Shown one piece after another: positions 1-11,073 of a stretch of 64,000 bases of DNA; position 1 is the first letter of the stretch, and every line of letters starts with the position of its first letter. Below the pieces are notes generated by a model, which saw only the letters and a program-made list of their open reading frames with translations, made no database searches and had not been told where the DNA came from. The stretch spans positions 423,006 through 487,005 of the forward strand of contig OY969102.1 of assembly GCA_963697885.1 (NCBI GenBank), written 5' to 3'. This DNA is from an uncultured Alphaproteobacteria bacterium (GTDB lineage Bacteria > Pseudomonadota > Alphaproteobacteria > Rhizobiales > Xanthobacteraceae). The translations under genes were made by a program, and so were the position numbers.

Positions 1-366
1 CCGGTCGACGTCGTTTCGTCCGACCGTCACACCGTAAAACCATGGTTCAATGGCCGCATCACGGCCTCGCCCCGGGTCGTCGACCTGACCAAGGAGGACT
101 TCACCCTGATCGGCGGCCGCATTGAAGTGGTCGACCGCTCGCCTGTTTCGACGTTGGTCTATCGTCGTGCCAAGCATCTGATCAGCCTCACCGCCGTGCC
201 GGCCGAAAGCCGGTTCGAGCTGGAGCGGACACCGCGTACGGTCAACGGCTACAACATCGTGCATTGGGTCGAAAAAGGCACGAGCTACTGGGCAATTTCG
301 GATCTTGAAGCGAAAGAACTGGAGGATTTCGCTCAGTTATTCCGCGCCAGCCAGACCGAATTGTAG
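1..366 (+). CDS. anti-sigma factor, C-terminal part (5' end outside the window)
   Basis: Frame 1 is open from base 1 (PVDVVSSDRHTVKPWFNGRI...HWVEKGTSYWAISDLEAKELEDF) to TAG 364-366. It ends 18 nt upstream of an ECF sigma gene. The C-terminal pattern resembles membrane anti-sigma factors paired with ECF sigmas. Confidence 0.65.
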   Translation, partial: PVDVVSSDRHTVKPWFNGRITASPRVVDLTKEDFTLIGGRIEVVDRSPVSTLVYRRAKHLISLTAVPAESRFELERTPRTVNGYNIVHWVEKGTSYWAISDLEAKELEDFAQLFRASQTEL

Positions 367-384
367 CGGACCGGGACCGGCGCT

Positions 385-1008
385 ATGTCAATCATCTCAC
401 TGCAGGCCAGGACCCGGCCCGCACAATCCGAAAGGCCAGCGATGCGCTTGGTTGCGTCCGACGCCCATGATCCGACGAGCGGGCTCGACGATAACGCGCG
501 CTTCAGAAGCATTGTGCTGCCGCATATCGATGAGGCGTACCGGCTGGCGCATTGGCTCACCGGCAATCGTACCGATGCCGAGGACGTGGTGCAGGATGCG
601 TCGCTGCGCGCCTTCCGTGCCATTCGCGAATACGCCGGCGGCAATCCGCGCTCCTGGTTGCTGAGCATCGTGCGCAACACGGCCTATTCATGGCTCCGCA
701 AGAATCGTCCGACCACCGTTTTCACGGTCGAAGATCTCGAGGCAGTCGAACTTGAGCAAACCAAGCCAGGCGACTCGAACGGCGAAACGCCGGAAGCTGC
801 ATTGATCGCAAAAGTCGATGCCGAGCAGCTCCGTGCGGCGATTGCGGCACTGCCGACTCCGTTCCGCGAAACGCTCGTGTTGCGCGACGTCGAGGGCCTC
901 GACTATCGCGAGATCGCCGAAGCGACTGAAGTGCCGATAGGAACCGTGATGTCACGGCTCGCGCGCGCTCGCCAACGGCTGATGCTGACTATCAAGAAAG
1001 GCCGGTAA
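385..1008 (+). CDS. RNA polymerase sigma-70 factor, ECF subfamily
   Basis: 207-aa ORF with region 2 (DAEDVVQDASLRAFR) and a region 4 HTH (LDYREIAEATEVPIGTVMSRLARARQRL). The start may instead be ATG 442. Confidence 0.9.
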   Translation: MSIISLQARTRPAQSERPAMRLVASDAHDPTSGLDDNARFRSIVLPHIDEAYRLAHWLTGNRTDAEDVVQDASLRAFRAIREYAGGNPRSWLLSIVRNTAYSWLRKNRPTTVFTVEDLEAVELEQTKPGDSNGETPEAALIAKVDAEQLRAAIAALPTPFRETLVLRDVEGLDYREIAEATEVPIGTVMSRLARARQRLMLTIKKGR

Positions 1009-1475
1009 ACAGTAACTGTCCCGGCTAGCCTGGCGCTGAAATCCACTGAACAAGTGGACGACACAAAATCTTGTCGGTCAGCGCATCCTGTCTATTGAAC
1101 ACTATCTCTGTCCGAGGCCGCCGTCAGCGAGCGTCGGTCGAAACGTTTTCGTCTCACGTTGGAAATTCAGCGGCGTGAATCGATTCGCGCTGTTTGTCGC
1201 TTCTGGATGCTCCGGGAATATTTTTCATTTTCATTTTTTCGCACGATGTTTGTATGAATCCGCAAGTCAAAACGGCACTCTTCATGCACAACGCACTCGC
1301 CAGAAATGCAAACAAAGATGGAATTTTTTCTGAAATCGTTTGTTTGTTGAGCGTTCGTGATTGAAGCGCGCGCCGGCGATCTAACATAACCGCGCGAGAC
1401 AAATCGATTTGAAATTCGAAAATTTATTCCCGAATTTCTTTCACATCTGCCGCAACACTCCGTCAGAAAAATCGT

Positions 1476-1505
1476 GAGTCAGATCGAATCTTGGTGATTC
1501 GAATC
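1476..1505. promoter_or_regulatory. cluster of four GANTC (CcrM) sites in the AT-rich porin upstream region
   Basis: GAGTC 1476-1480, GAATC 1486-1490, GATTC 1496-1500 and GAATC 1501-1505 fall within 30 bp, about 130 nt upstream of the porin start. TCGAATCT occurs twice. Confidence 0.35.
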
Positions 1506-1635
1506 TGCTCTCGCGGGCTGCCACGTTCGCATCACTCTTCGAGACATCGAGACGGATGTCGCGAGGAGAGGAAGATGGAGGCGACAGTCCGGACGCAGCG
1601 CGGTGCTGCGGGACGACTCCTCAACAAACGGGAGA

Positions 1636-3181
1636 ATGACGATGAGGAGAATTCAAAACGTCCTGCTTGCAGGAGCAGCCAGTCTTTTGACAGTCGCAAC
1701 CGCCCAGGCGGCAGACTTGCCGGTAAAGGTCAAGCCGATCCAATACGTCAAAGTGTGCTCGCTCTATGGCGCCGGCTTCTATTACATTCCAGGCACCGAC
1801 ATCTGTCTCAAGGTCGGCGGCTACCTGCGTGCCGAAGCTGACGTCAACGCCGGCGGCACACTGACGCCCGCAGTTGGACCGGGATCGGCGAACAATCGCG
1901 ATAGCGTCAACAATCGTGAGTTCGAATTCGTTCGTGCAGCGTTCACGTTCTTTGTGGACGTTGGACACCCGCCAGCAAACGGACTACGGCATTGTGCGCA
2001 GTTACGCACGAACCGGAATCCAATGGACGACCGGCGATAACGTAAACGCTGGAAGCGGAGCGGTCGCCTATATCGACCGCGCGTTTCTCCAATTCGGCGG
2101 CCTGACCGCCGGCCGCGCCGTCTCGTTCTTCGACATCTACAGTTTCAGTCAGCATTCGTACCAGACCAATATCATTGGCAGCGATTCTGGCGGCACCGGC
2201 ATCAACTTGTTCGGATACACCGCGGATTTCAGGGATGGCCTTTCAGCAACAGTGTCCGCCGAAGAGCACACGTCCCGAAGCAAGCCGGTCGTGAACACAG
2301 TCGGTACGAGTGCCTTCCTGAACCTGAATACCGTCAACAATCTCGGCACCGGCACATCCACATCGCAAGCCGGACAGACCCTGCCAAATCTTGTCGGAAA
2401 CGTCCGGCTGGACCGGGCGTGGGGTGCGGTACAGGCCTCGGTTGCCTTGTCCGACGTCGCGGCGACCTACTACTCCTCCGGCACGTCGGCAGCGAATGGC
2501 GGGACGGCATTGGCGATCGGCGGCGGCGCCGGCGGTCTGCCCGCCTTTGGCCACCCGGATGACAAACTGGGCTACGCGGCAACGGTCGGGACGGTCCTCA
2601 ATCTGCCAACGGCCCGTGGCGATACGCTCGGAATTCAGGCTGTCTATTCGAGAGGCGCGTCAGCCTATGCCGGCCAAGGGCAAAGTACTTTTAACGTTGT
2701 CAGAGGCGACAGCATCGGAATGGGTTTCGTCACTGATGCCGTTTACGCCGGTGTCGGGAGCGATCTTGAACTGACGACGGCCTGGAGCGTGACCGCCGGC
2801 ATCGAGCATAACTGGACTCCGGCGTGGCGGACGTCGCTCTACGGCGGTTACGAGAACATCTCGTACAATCAAAATGCCACCGCGGAGATCTGTGCAGGTC
2901 TCGCACCAGGAGGCGCCGGTGCATTCACGAGTGCCGGCGGATTTACACCAGCCAATTGCAATCCCGATTTCAGTTTCTGGCAGATCGGCACCCGCACCAT
3001 CTGGACTCCGGCCACGGGTTTGGAATTGGGATTGGACATTCTCTACAACCACATCAACACGGCGTTTGAAGGTCCGGTGAATGTGTCAGCCAACGGGACC
3101 ATTCCGTCCGGACTATTCAGCGCACACGATCAAAACGTGTTGTCCGCCGCGTTCCGCATTCAGCGAAGTTTCGTGCCGTAA
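1636..3181 (+). pseudogene. outer-membrane porin (alphaproteobacterial Porin_2 / RopA-Omp2b type), frameshifted by +1 nt near 1921
   Basis: The N-terminal ORF has a signal peptide plus the family motif (MRRIQNVLLAGAASLLTVATAQAADLPVKVKPIQYVKVCSLYGAGFYYIPGTDICLKVGGYLR). The rest continues in the +1 frame (LDTRQQTDYGIVRSY...DRAFLQFGGLTAGRAVSFFD...AAFRIQRSFVP). The span is 1546 nt (3n+1). Deleting one T of GAGTTC 1918-1923 joins the frames. Confidence 0.8.
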
Positions 3182-3295
3182 TTTGAAGCCCCCTCAAACG
3201 AACGGCGCGAAGCCGAGGCCCCGACGGGAATCTGTCACCATCTTTTCCCGCCGGGGCCCGCCCTTTGCCGAGCCCGGATATTCAATTGCAAATAG

Positions 3296-4423
<1,128 letters not shown>

Positions 4424-4442
4424 AGCGTACACGGAGACAATC

Positions 4443-5555
4443 ATGCAAACCCGCGCCGCAGTCGCCTGGAAAGCCGGCGAGCCTCTCACCATCGAGACCA
4501 TCGAGATCGAAGGACCGAAGGCCGGTGAGGTCATGGTAGAAATCAAGGCGACCGGCATCTGTCACACCGATGCCTACACGCTGTCGGGCGCCGATCCGGA
4601 AGGACTGTTTCCGGCAATCCTCGGACATGAGGGCGCGGGCATTGTGCGCGAGGTCGGCGCAGGCGTCACCACGCTGAAAGCCGGCGACCACGTCATTCCG
4701 CTCTACACGCCGGAATGCCGGCAATGCAAAACATGCTTGTCGCGCCGTTCGAATCTCTGCACCGCGATCCGCGCCACGCAGGGCAAGGGCGTCATGCCGG
4801 ATGGGACCAGCCGCTTTCGCTGCGACGGCGACCCGGTCTTCCACTACATGGGCTGTTCGACCTTCGCGAATTTCACGGTGTTGCCGGAAATCGCGCTCGC
4901 CAAGGTCCGCGAGGACGCTCCGTTCGACAAGATCTGTTACATCGGCTGCGGCGTCACCACTGGCGTCGGCGCTGTCATCAACACCGCGAAAGTCTGGCCG
5001 GGCGCGAACGTCGCCGTTTTCGGACTGGGCGGTATCGGACTCAATGTCATTCAAGGCGCGCGCATCGTGGGCGCCGACAAGATCATCGGCATCGACCTCA
5101 ATCCGGCACGCCGCGCCATCGCCGAGAAATTCGGCATGACGCATTTCGTCAACCCGGACGAGGTCGGCAAAGACAAAGTTGTGCAGGCGATCGTCGACCT
5201 CACCGGCGGCGGCGCGGATTTCTCGTTTGAATGCATTGGCAATGTGAACGTGATGCGCCAGGCCCTGGAATGCTGCCACCGCGGCTGGGGCGAAAGCATC
5301 ATCATCGGTGTCGCCGGCTCCGGTCAGGAGATTGCCACGCGGCCATTTCAACTCGTCACCGGCCGCGTCTGGAAAGGTACGGCTTTCGGCGGCGCGCGCG
5401 GCCGCACCGACGTGCCGAAAATCGTCGACTGGTACATGGACGGCAAGATCAATATCGACGATTTGATTACCCACACCATGCCGCTCGACAAGATCAACGA
5501 TGCGTTCGATCTGATGCACGAAGGCAAATCGATTCGCTCGGTGGTGGTGTACTAG
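4443..5555 (+). CDS. adhC: S-(hydroxymethyl)glutathione dehydrogenase / class III alcohol dehydrogenase
   Basis: 370 aa. [50 protein letters not shown] is the class III Zn-ADH signature. A GGAG RBS sits 7 nt upstream. Confidence 0.9.
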   Translation: MQTRAAVAWKAGEPLTIETIEIEGPKAGEVMVEIKATGICHTDAYTLSGADPEGLFPAILGHEGAGIVREVGAGVTTLKAGDHVIPLYTPECRQCKTCLSRRSNLCTAIRATQGKGVMPDGTSRFRCDGDPVFHYMGCSTFANFTVLPEIALAKVREDAPFDKICYIGCGVTTGVGAVINTAKVWPGANVAVFGLGGIGLNVIQGARIVGADKIIGIDLNPARRAIAEKFGMTHFVNPDEVGKDKVVQAIVDLTGGGADFSFECIGNVNVMRQALECCHRGWGESIIIGVAGSGQEIATRPFQLVTGRVWKGTAFGGARGRTDVPKIVDWYMDGKINIDDLITHTMPLDKINDAFDLMHEGKSIRSVVVY

Positions 5556-5577
5556 CGATTGATCGGGCGCGAGGAAG

Positions 5578-6285
5578 CTACCAGCGCGGCCTGAATACGC
5601 TGAACAGGCTGATCCGGTCCGATTCGTCGTCAACCTGCGCATCGCCCTCATCGGGATCGTCATAGACCCGCCGTCCGATCGTGCGCTCGCTGTCGCGCGG
5701 CGTCACGTCCCGGCTCAGCGGCGTCACGTCCCGGCTCAATTGGCGCCGCTCCGGTCTCTCTGTCTGCTCGCGCGCGGTGGTGCGTTGCACCGGCGGTTTC
5801 TCGCAGATCCGCCGCGCACCCTCGAAAGGCTGATACGTGCAATCGGCGGCGCGGAAGGACTGATAAGCACTCGAACACGCCTGCACGTCGCAGCGGTTGT
5901 TCAACGCCGCCGCTTGCACGGGCGCGACAAAAGTTGTTGCGGGGTCCCTGGTGTCCTCCGTGCGCGCAGCAACGCCTGTCGTCTCGACCGGTGGCTTTAG
6001 TGGCTCAAAATTTGTCGCAACCGCGGCTGGCGCGCTTGCCGTATTTGTCGAGGCTTGCGGCTGCTGCTGCGCGTCGGTCGGCGCCGCGGGTGTTGTCTCC
6101 GCGGTCTTCGGATAGACCGGACTGAGCGCCGCGGTCGGGCCTTCGACTTTCCGAGGCTGCGCGGACACGTTCGCGGCTTGCACCACAGGCCTGGGCTGCG
6201 GTGCCGGCGAGGTCAGCCAATGGACTTCGAGCAGAACAGTGCTGATCGAAACCATCAATACGGTCAGATAGACGAGGAACTGCAT
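5578..6285 (-). CDS. membrane-anchored protein with Pro/Ala-rich linker and Cys-rich BA14K-like domain (paralog 1)
   Basis: Start chosen at ATG 6285 (MQFLVYLTVLMVSISTVLLEVHWLTSP, a TM anchor). The Cys motif is CDVQACSSAYQSFRAADCTYQPFEGARRIC. It is a paralog of 6387..6788. The track ORF extends to 6399. Confidence 0.55.
   Translation of the reverse strand: MQFLVYLTVLMVSISTVLLEVHWLTSPAPQPRPVVQAANVSAQPRKVEGPTAALSPVYPKTAETTPAAPTDAQQQPQASTNTASAPAAVATNFEPLKPPVETTGVAARTEDTRDPATTFVAPVQAAALNNRCDVQACSSAYQSFRAADCTYQPFEGARRICEKPPVQRTTAREQTERPERRQLSRDVTPLSRDVTPRDSERTIGRRVYDDPDEGDAQVDDESDRISLFSVFRPRW
5699..5740. repeat. 21-bp tandem duplication, in frame, inside paralog 1
   Basis: CGGCGTCACGTCCCGGCTCAG is followed by CGGCGTCACGTCCCGGCTCAA (20/21 identical). 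This encodes LSRDVTP twice. Confidence 0.85.
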
Positions 6286-6386
6286 TGTTTGATCCGCGAT
6301 AGGGGTGGCCGTGTCGAGACGCAACGCCCGCGCTGCCAAGCCGGTTCCGCGCAACTTTCTGCAGCGTGTTGGAACTATTCGGCGGG

Positions 6387-6788
6387 CTATTTCGTGCAAA
6401 GCCTGCGTTGTCCGGCGTTCGGCATATACGTGCAGTCCGACGCGCGGAACGATCGATAGGCGGCCGTGCAGGCATCAACATTACACTGCACTTCCGGCTC
6501 CGGCGCCACGATCGGCGACACAGCGGGTGCTTGCTCGGCTGTTGCGGCGGGCGCGCTCGGGACCGCAGGCGCCACCAGTTTCGGCGACACGATCGGCGCG
6601 CCGATCGGTGCATTGGGCGCAACCGGCGTAACGGCCACCGGTGCCGGTGGTGGCCGGACCGCGGGCGGCGCATGCAATCCGGCCTCGGTGTCGGCCATCG
6701 GCGACATCGGAGCCGACAGCCAGTCGAGCCCCAGCAATACACTGCCAAGGGTAATCACCAACACCGCGCCATAGACCGCAAGCCGCAT
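6387..6788 (-). CDS. membrane-anchored protein with Cys-rich BA14K-like domain (paralog 2)
   Basis: Start chosen at ATG 6788 ([27 protein letters not shown]). The C-terminus is [30 protein letters not shown]. The architecture matches 5578..6285. Confidence 0.55.
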   Translation of the reverse strand: MRLAVYGAVLVITLGSVLLGLDWLSAPMSPMADTEAGLHAPPAVRPPPAPVAVTPVAPNAPIGAPIVSPKLVAPAVPSAPAATAEQAPAVSPIVAPEPEVQCNVDACTAAYRSFRASDCTYMPNAGQRRLCTK

Positions 6789-6951
6789 CGCTTTGCCCCG
6801 GCGAGTGACGAGCTTATGTCGAACAGCCGACGACGACACTAAGGCGTTGAACGCCAAATATCGAGACATTGCCTGCCCTACGAGCAGCGATGACGAACCC
6901 AAGAACGGCATGCTAGACAGCCGGCGGTATTGCAATCATGTCCCCGGGACC

Positions 6952-8079
6952 ATGTCGAAAACGCCGTCGCTTAAGGACTTTCGCCGAATTGTCGTGAAAG
7001 TCGGCTCATCGCTGCTGGTGGATGCGTCCGCCGGCGGGCTCAAGCGCGACTGGCTCGCCAGCCTGGCCACCGACATCGCCACATTGCACAAGAACAAATG
7101 CGACCTGCTGGTCGTGTCATCCGGCGCGATTGCGCTCGGCCGTGCCGTGCTCAAGTTGCCCGCCGGCGCACTCAAGCTCGAGGACAGCCAGGCTGCGGCC
7201 GCGGTCGGACAGATCGCCCTGGCGCGCGCGTGGTCGGAAGCGCTTGGCAGCCACGGCCTCACAGCCGGTCAGGTTTTGGTCACCTTGGGCGATACCGAAG
7301 AGCGTCGCCGCTATCTCAATGCGCGCTCCACGATCGCCAAGCTTCTCGAATGGCGCAGCGTGCCGGTGATCAACGAAAACGACACCGTCGCCACCACCGA
7401 GATCCGCTACGGCGACAATGACAGGCTTGCCGCCCGCGTCGCGACGATGATGAGCGCCGATTTGCTCGTCCTGCTCTCGGATGTTGACGGTCTTTACGAC
7501 AAGCCGCCCGGCGCGGGTTCAGACGCCAAGCTGGTGTCCGTTGTCGCGCGCATTACGCCCGAGATCGAAGCGATGGCGGGCGTTTCCGAATCCGCAACCG
7601 CGCGCGGCGGCATGCTGACCAAGATCGAGGCCGGCAAGATCGCCACCACGGCCGGCACGCACATGGTCATCGCATCGGGGCACGTACAGAATCCACTGCA
7701 AGCGATTGGCAAAGGGGCAGCCTGCACCTGGTTTCTCACTCCGGCCAATCCGGTGACGTCGCGCAAGAAATGGATTGCAGGTTCTCTCGAGCCACGCGGC
7801 GCTCTGGTGATCGACGCCGGCGCGGTGCGTGCGCTGCATTCCGGCAAGAGTTTGTTGCCGGCGGGCGTGATCAAAATCGAGGGCGCATTCGGGCGCGGCG
7901 ACGCGGTCGTCGTGCGCGGACCCGACGGGCATGAAGTCGGCCGCGGGCTTGTCGCCTATGACGCCGAGGATGCCGAGAAAATCAAAGGACGATCGTCCGC
8001 CGACGTTCTGCTGATTCTCGGCTACACCGGCCGCACTGAGATGATCCACCGGGATGATCTTGTTTTAGGTGGCGAGTAG
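6952..8079 (+). CDS. proB: glutamate 5-kinase
   Basis: [24 protein letters not shown]...INENDTVAT, with a C-terminal PUA-like region. The track ORF starts earlier (6793), but homology begins at ATG 6952. Confidence 0.93.
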   Translation: MSKTPSLKDFRRIVVKVGSSLLVDASAGGLKRDWLASLATDIATLHKNKCDLLVVSSGAIALGRAVLKLPAGALKLEDSQAAAAVGQIALARAWSEALGSHGLTAGQVLVTLGDTEERRRYLNARSTIAKLLEWRSVPVINENDTVATTEIRYGDNDRLAARVATMMSADLLVLLSDVDGLYDKPPGAGSDAKLVSVVARITPEIEAMAGVSESATARGGMLTKIEAGKIATTAGTHMVIASGHVQNPLQAIGKGAACTWFLTPANPVTSRKKWIAGSLEPRGALVIDAGAVRALHSGKSLLPAGVIKIEGAFGRGDAVVVRGPDGHEVGRGLVAYDAEDAEKIKGRSSADVLLILGYTGRTEMIHRDDLVLGGE

Positions 8080-8156
8080 CACTGCCGATTTGGATGGGAA
8101 CCCGGAGTCCGGTCGGGCGTTGTCCCGGCACGACGCGACTGACGTGACTCATGTGG

Positions 8157-8180
8157 AAAAAAGGCGATTGACCGATCGCC
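8157..8180 (-). terminator. intrinsic terminator (minus strand)
   Basis: On the minus strand GGCGAT-CGGTCA-ATCGCC is followed by TTTTTT. It lies downstream of the small minus-strand gene 8373..8588. Confidence 0.5.
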
Positions 8181-8186
8181 CGTTAG

Positions 8187-8214
8187 CCCCAGCCCACCGG
8201 AGGCTGGGGTTTTC
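8187..8214 (+). terminator. intrinsic terminator after proB
   Basis: CCCCAGCC-CACCGGA-GGCTGGGG is followed by TTTTCGCGTTT. Confidence 0.7.
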
Positions 8215-8372
8215 GCGTTTATAGGCTCTCAAATCGAGCGACAGCTAGGCCATTGGCCGACTAGGCCAAAACGCCCCAAGACGCCCAAGACGCCACCCGC
8301 CGCGGGGCCGGCCAGTGAATTGGCCAAAGACCCCATCAGGTCGAACGGCTGGGCCTTTGGCCGACCACTCGG

Positions 8373-8588
8373 TCAGTGGCCGCGCGAACGCAAGCGCCGG
8401 GCGCGCCGCCCCGCTGGCGCCGTCTTACGTTCGGGGGGCCGGGCCGGCAGCGGGAAAAACGTCCCGTCCGGGAATTCCAGATACCGGTTGAACACTTGCA
8501 CCTGGCCTTCTCCACGGCGTTTTCCCTCGATCACGAATTTGGTGCCGACTGGAAAACGACTGGGAAGACGGCCTGAACTGAACGCCAT
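8373..8588 (-). CDS. small hypothetical protein (71 aa)
   Basis: ATG 8588 is preceded by GCAGGAGGTGGGTC, a strong SD. The product is MAFSSGRLPSRFPVGTKFVIEGKRRGEGQVQVFNRYLEFPDGTFFPLPA with a basic tail. It lies antisense between proB and proA. Confidence 0.55.
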   Translation of the reverse strand: MAFSSGRLPSRFPVGTKFVIEGKRRGEGQVQVFNRYLEFPDGTFFPLPARPPERKTAPAGRRARRLRSRGH

Positions 8589-8774
8589 GACCCACCTCCT
8601 GCAATACCGTCACCCTGCTCTTCCAATGTGTAGGCCATGTAATGCGTTGCATTCGCCGTGACGTTATCCACGTAATCCCCAAGCGGCATCCCCAGGGGCC
8701 GACCTCGCCGGGCGACCCCCGACGTGGTAGGAAAGTGCCCTTGGACAAGGGTTTTCACGGGTTTTCTACCGAAA

Positions 8775-10067
8775 ATGACCGCCTCACTCAAAAGCATCGA
8801 GGGCTCCGGCGATATCGCCGCTGCCATGGGCGAGATCGGACGCCGCGCCCGCGCGGCTGCCCGGATCCTCGCGCTGGCCCCGGCCGAGCAGAAAAACCGT
8901 GCTTTGCAGCTTATGGCTGCGGCCATTCGCGCCCAGACGTCGTCTATCCTGGCTGCCAATGCAGAGGATATCGCGGAAGCGCGGGCCGCCGGCGTGGCCG
9001 GGGCATTTCTCGACCGGCTTTCACTGGACACCAAGCGGGTGGAAGCCATCGCCGAGGGCATCGATATCGTACGCGCGCTCAAGGACCCCGTGGGCGCCGT
9101 CACTGAATCCTGGACGCGGCCCAACGGCATGCGCATCGAGCGGGTTCGTGTGCCCCTTGGCGTGGTGGGCATCATCTACGAGAGCCGGCCGAACGTAACC
9201 GCCGACGCCGGCGTGCTGTCCCTGAAAGCGGGCAACGCGGCGATCTTGCGCGGGGGCTCCGATAGCATGCGTTCAAGCCGCGCGATCCTTGCAGCACTGA
9301 CCGAAGGCTTGCGCGCCGCCAACTTGCCGGAGTCTTCCATCCAGCTTGTCCCGACCCGCGACCGCGCGGCCGTTGGCCTGATGCTGGCGGGGCTCGATGG
9401 CAATCTCGACGTCATCGTGCCGCGTGGTGGCAAAGGCCTGGTCGCGCGCGTGCAGGCCGAGGCGCGCGTGCCGGTATTTGCGCACCTTGAAGGCGTATGC
9501 CACGTCTTCGTTCACGAAGCGGCCGCGCTCGATATGGCCAAAAAAATCGTCCTCAACGCCAAAATGCGCCGGACAGGCGTCTGCGGCGCGGCGGAGACGC
9601 TATTGGTCGATCGTGCGGTCGCATCTACCCACCTCAAGCCACTGATCGACATGCTGATCGACGCCGGCTGCGAAATACGTGGCGACCAGACAACTCTGGC
9701 GGCCGACAAGCGGGTGAAATCGGCAACCGAGGAAGACTGGGGCACCGAATATCTCGATGCCATCATCGCCGCCAAGGTGGTGGACGGCCTTTCCGCGGCG
9801 ATCGAGCACATCGAGCACTACGGGTCGCATCACACCGATGCGATCGTCACCGACGACCAGGCCGCTGCCGACAGGTTCCTGCGCGAGGTCGACTCGGCGA
9901 TCGTGCTGCACAATGCGTCGACCCAATTCGCCGACGGTGGCGAATTTGGCTTCGGCGCCGAGATCGGCATCGCTACCGGACGGCTGCATGCGCGCGGGCC
10001 AGTGGGCGTCGATCAGCTCACGACGTTCAAATATCGTATCCACGGCAGCGGTCAGACCCGGCCGTGA
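8775..10067 (+). CDS. proA: glutamate-5-semialdehyde dehydrogenase
   Basis: [33 protein letters not shown]...[17 protein letters not shown]...[10 protein letters not shown] is typical ProA. Start taken at ATG 8775. Confidence 0.93.
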   Translation: MTASLKSIEGSGDIAAAMGEIGRRARAAARILALAPAEQKNRALQLMAAAIRAQTSSILAANAEDIAEARAAGVAGAFLDRLSLDTKRVEAIAEGIDIVRALKDPVGAVTESWTRPNGMRIERVRVPLGVVGIIYESRPNVTADAGVLSLKAGNAAILRGGSDSMRSSRAILAALTEGLRAANLPESSIQLVPTRDRAAVGLMLAGLDGNLDVIVPRGGKGLVARVQAEARVPVFAHLEGVCHVFVHEAAALDMAKKIVLNAKMRRTGVCGAAETLLVDRAVASTHLKPLIDMLIDAGCEIRGDQTTLAADKRVKSATEEDWGTEYLDAIIAAKVVDGLSAAIEHIEHYGSHHTDAIVTDDQAAADRFLREVDSAIVLHNASTQFADGGEFGFGAEIGIATGRLHARGPVGVDQLTTFKYRIHGSGQTRP

Positions 10068-10120
10068 AATCGAAAAAACCCGCGACCGCCGAGCGCCTGC
10101 TACCCCCTCATGCGCCCGGC

Positions 10121-10900
10121 ATGAGGATCGGCCTTTTTGGCGGAACTTTCGATCCACCGCATCAGGCCCATCTTGCGGCGGCGCTGCTCGCGCTCAAGCG
10201 TCTCAAGCTGGACCGTGTCTGGTGGCTGGTCACGCCCGGCAACCCGCTCAAAAATACGCGCGGCCTGGCTCCGCTTGCCAAGCGAATCGCCGCTGCACGC
10301 GCGCTTACGAGTCATCCGCGCATCGACATCACCGGTCTCGAAGCTGTCATTAAGACGAGGTACACCTACGATACGATATCTTGGTTGCTGGCCCGGTGTC
10401 CGGGCGTCCGATTCGTCTGGATCATGGGCGCGGACAATTTGCGGAGTTTCCATCGCTGGCAGAAGTGGCACAAAATAGTGGAGATGGTGCCCATCGTCGT
10501 GATCGACCGCCTTGGTCCGAGCCTCTACGCCGCCGCCAGCCCGGCGGGCAATGTCCTTGCCCGCGTCCGAATCCCCGAACACGACGCCGCTGCACTGCCC
10601 GACCGCAAACCCCCCGTATGGGCGTATCTGCACGGCCTCAAATCACCGCTGTCTTCAACGGCATTGCGCGCGCTGCGCACAGGGGACGGAACGCCCGACC
10701 GAGCGCGCCGCAAGAGTTCCAAAAGTTCAAAAACTTCAAAAAGCGCAAAGAAGCCGAAACGCCCGAAAACAGGCGGTAAGAAACATGGAAAGAAGGCCCC
10801 AAAACGCAAAACCGCTGCCAAAAGCCGCAGGCGTCTGAGCACCAAAAGCCTGGGTAGCAAGAGCCGCAGGCGTCAGGGTAGAAAGAAGAGGGCGAGATAA
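10121..10900 (+). CDS. nadD: nicotinate-nucleotide adenylyltransferase with a long Lys/Arg-rich C-terminal tail
   Basis: [17 protein letters not shown] is the (H/T)xGH motif, followed by WIMGADNL and a catalytic domain that ends near SSTALRA. About 70 basic residues then follow. An alternative start, GTG 10064, overlaps the proA stop. Confidence 0.85.
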   Translation: MRIGLFGGTFDPPHQAHLAAALLALKRLKLDRVWWLVTPGNPLKNTRGLAPLAKRIAAARALTSHPRIDITGLEAVIKTRYTYDTISWLLARCPGVRFVWIMGADNLRSFHRWQKWHKIVEMVPIVVIDRLGPSLYAAASPAGNVLARVRIPEHDAAALPDRKPPVWAYLHGLKSPLSSTALRALRTGDGTPDRARRKSSKSSKTSKSAKKPKRPKTGGKKHGKKAPKRKTAAKSRRRLSTKSLGSKSRRRQGRKKRAR

Positions 10901-11073
10901 CTATCATTTATTGAGACCCCGGTTCGCACCGGGGTGAGTGCAACCCACGGAAAGGATCAGCGCCTCTGAATAGTCCTGCACTCTCTCGGGCTTCGCGTCG
11001 TAAGCCCGAACCCGTCTCCCGGCACCCGACTGCCAAGGAGACGCTCAGCACCGTCCTTGCGCGTCTTGAAGAT

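Noticed and set aside
1154-1402. 82-aa minus-strand ORF in the AT-rich porin upstream region.
   Set aside because: No convincing RBS, an odd composition and no recognisable motif. It lies in what looks like a regulatory leader, so it is treated as non-coding.
9497-10120. Long N-terminal extension of the nadD reading frame (track ORF 9497..10900) overlapping proA.
   Set aside because: The extension is an Arg-rich shadow of the proA frame. NadD homology, including the GGTFDPPH motif, begins at about 10121.
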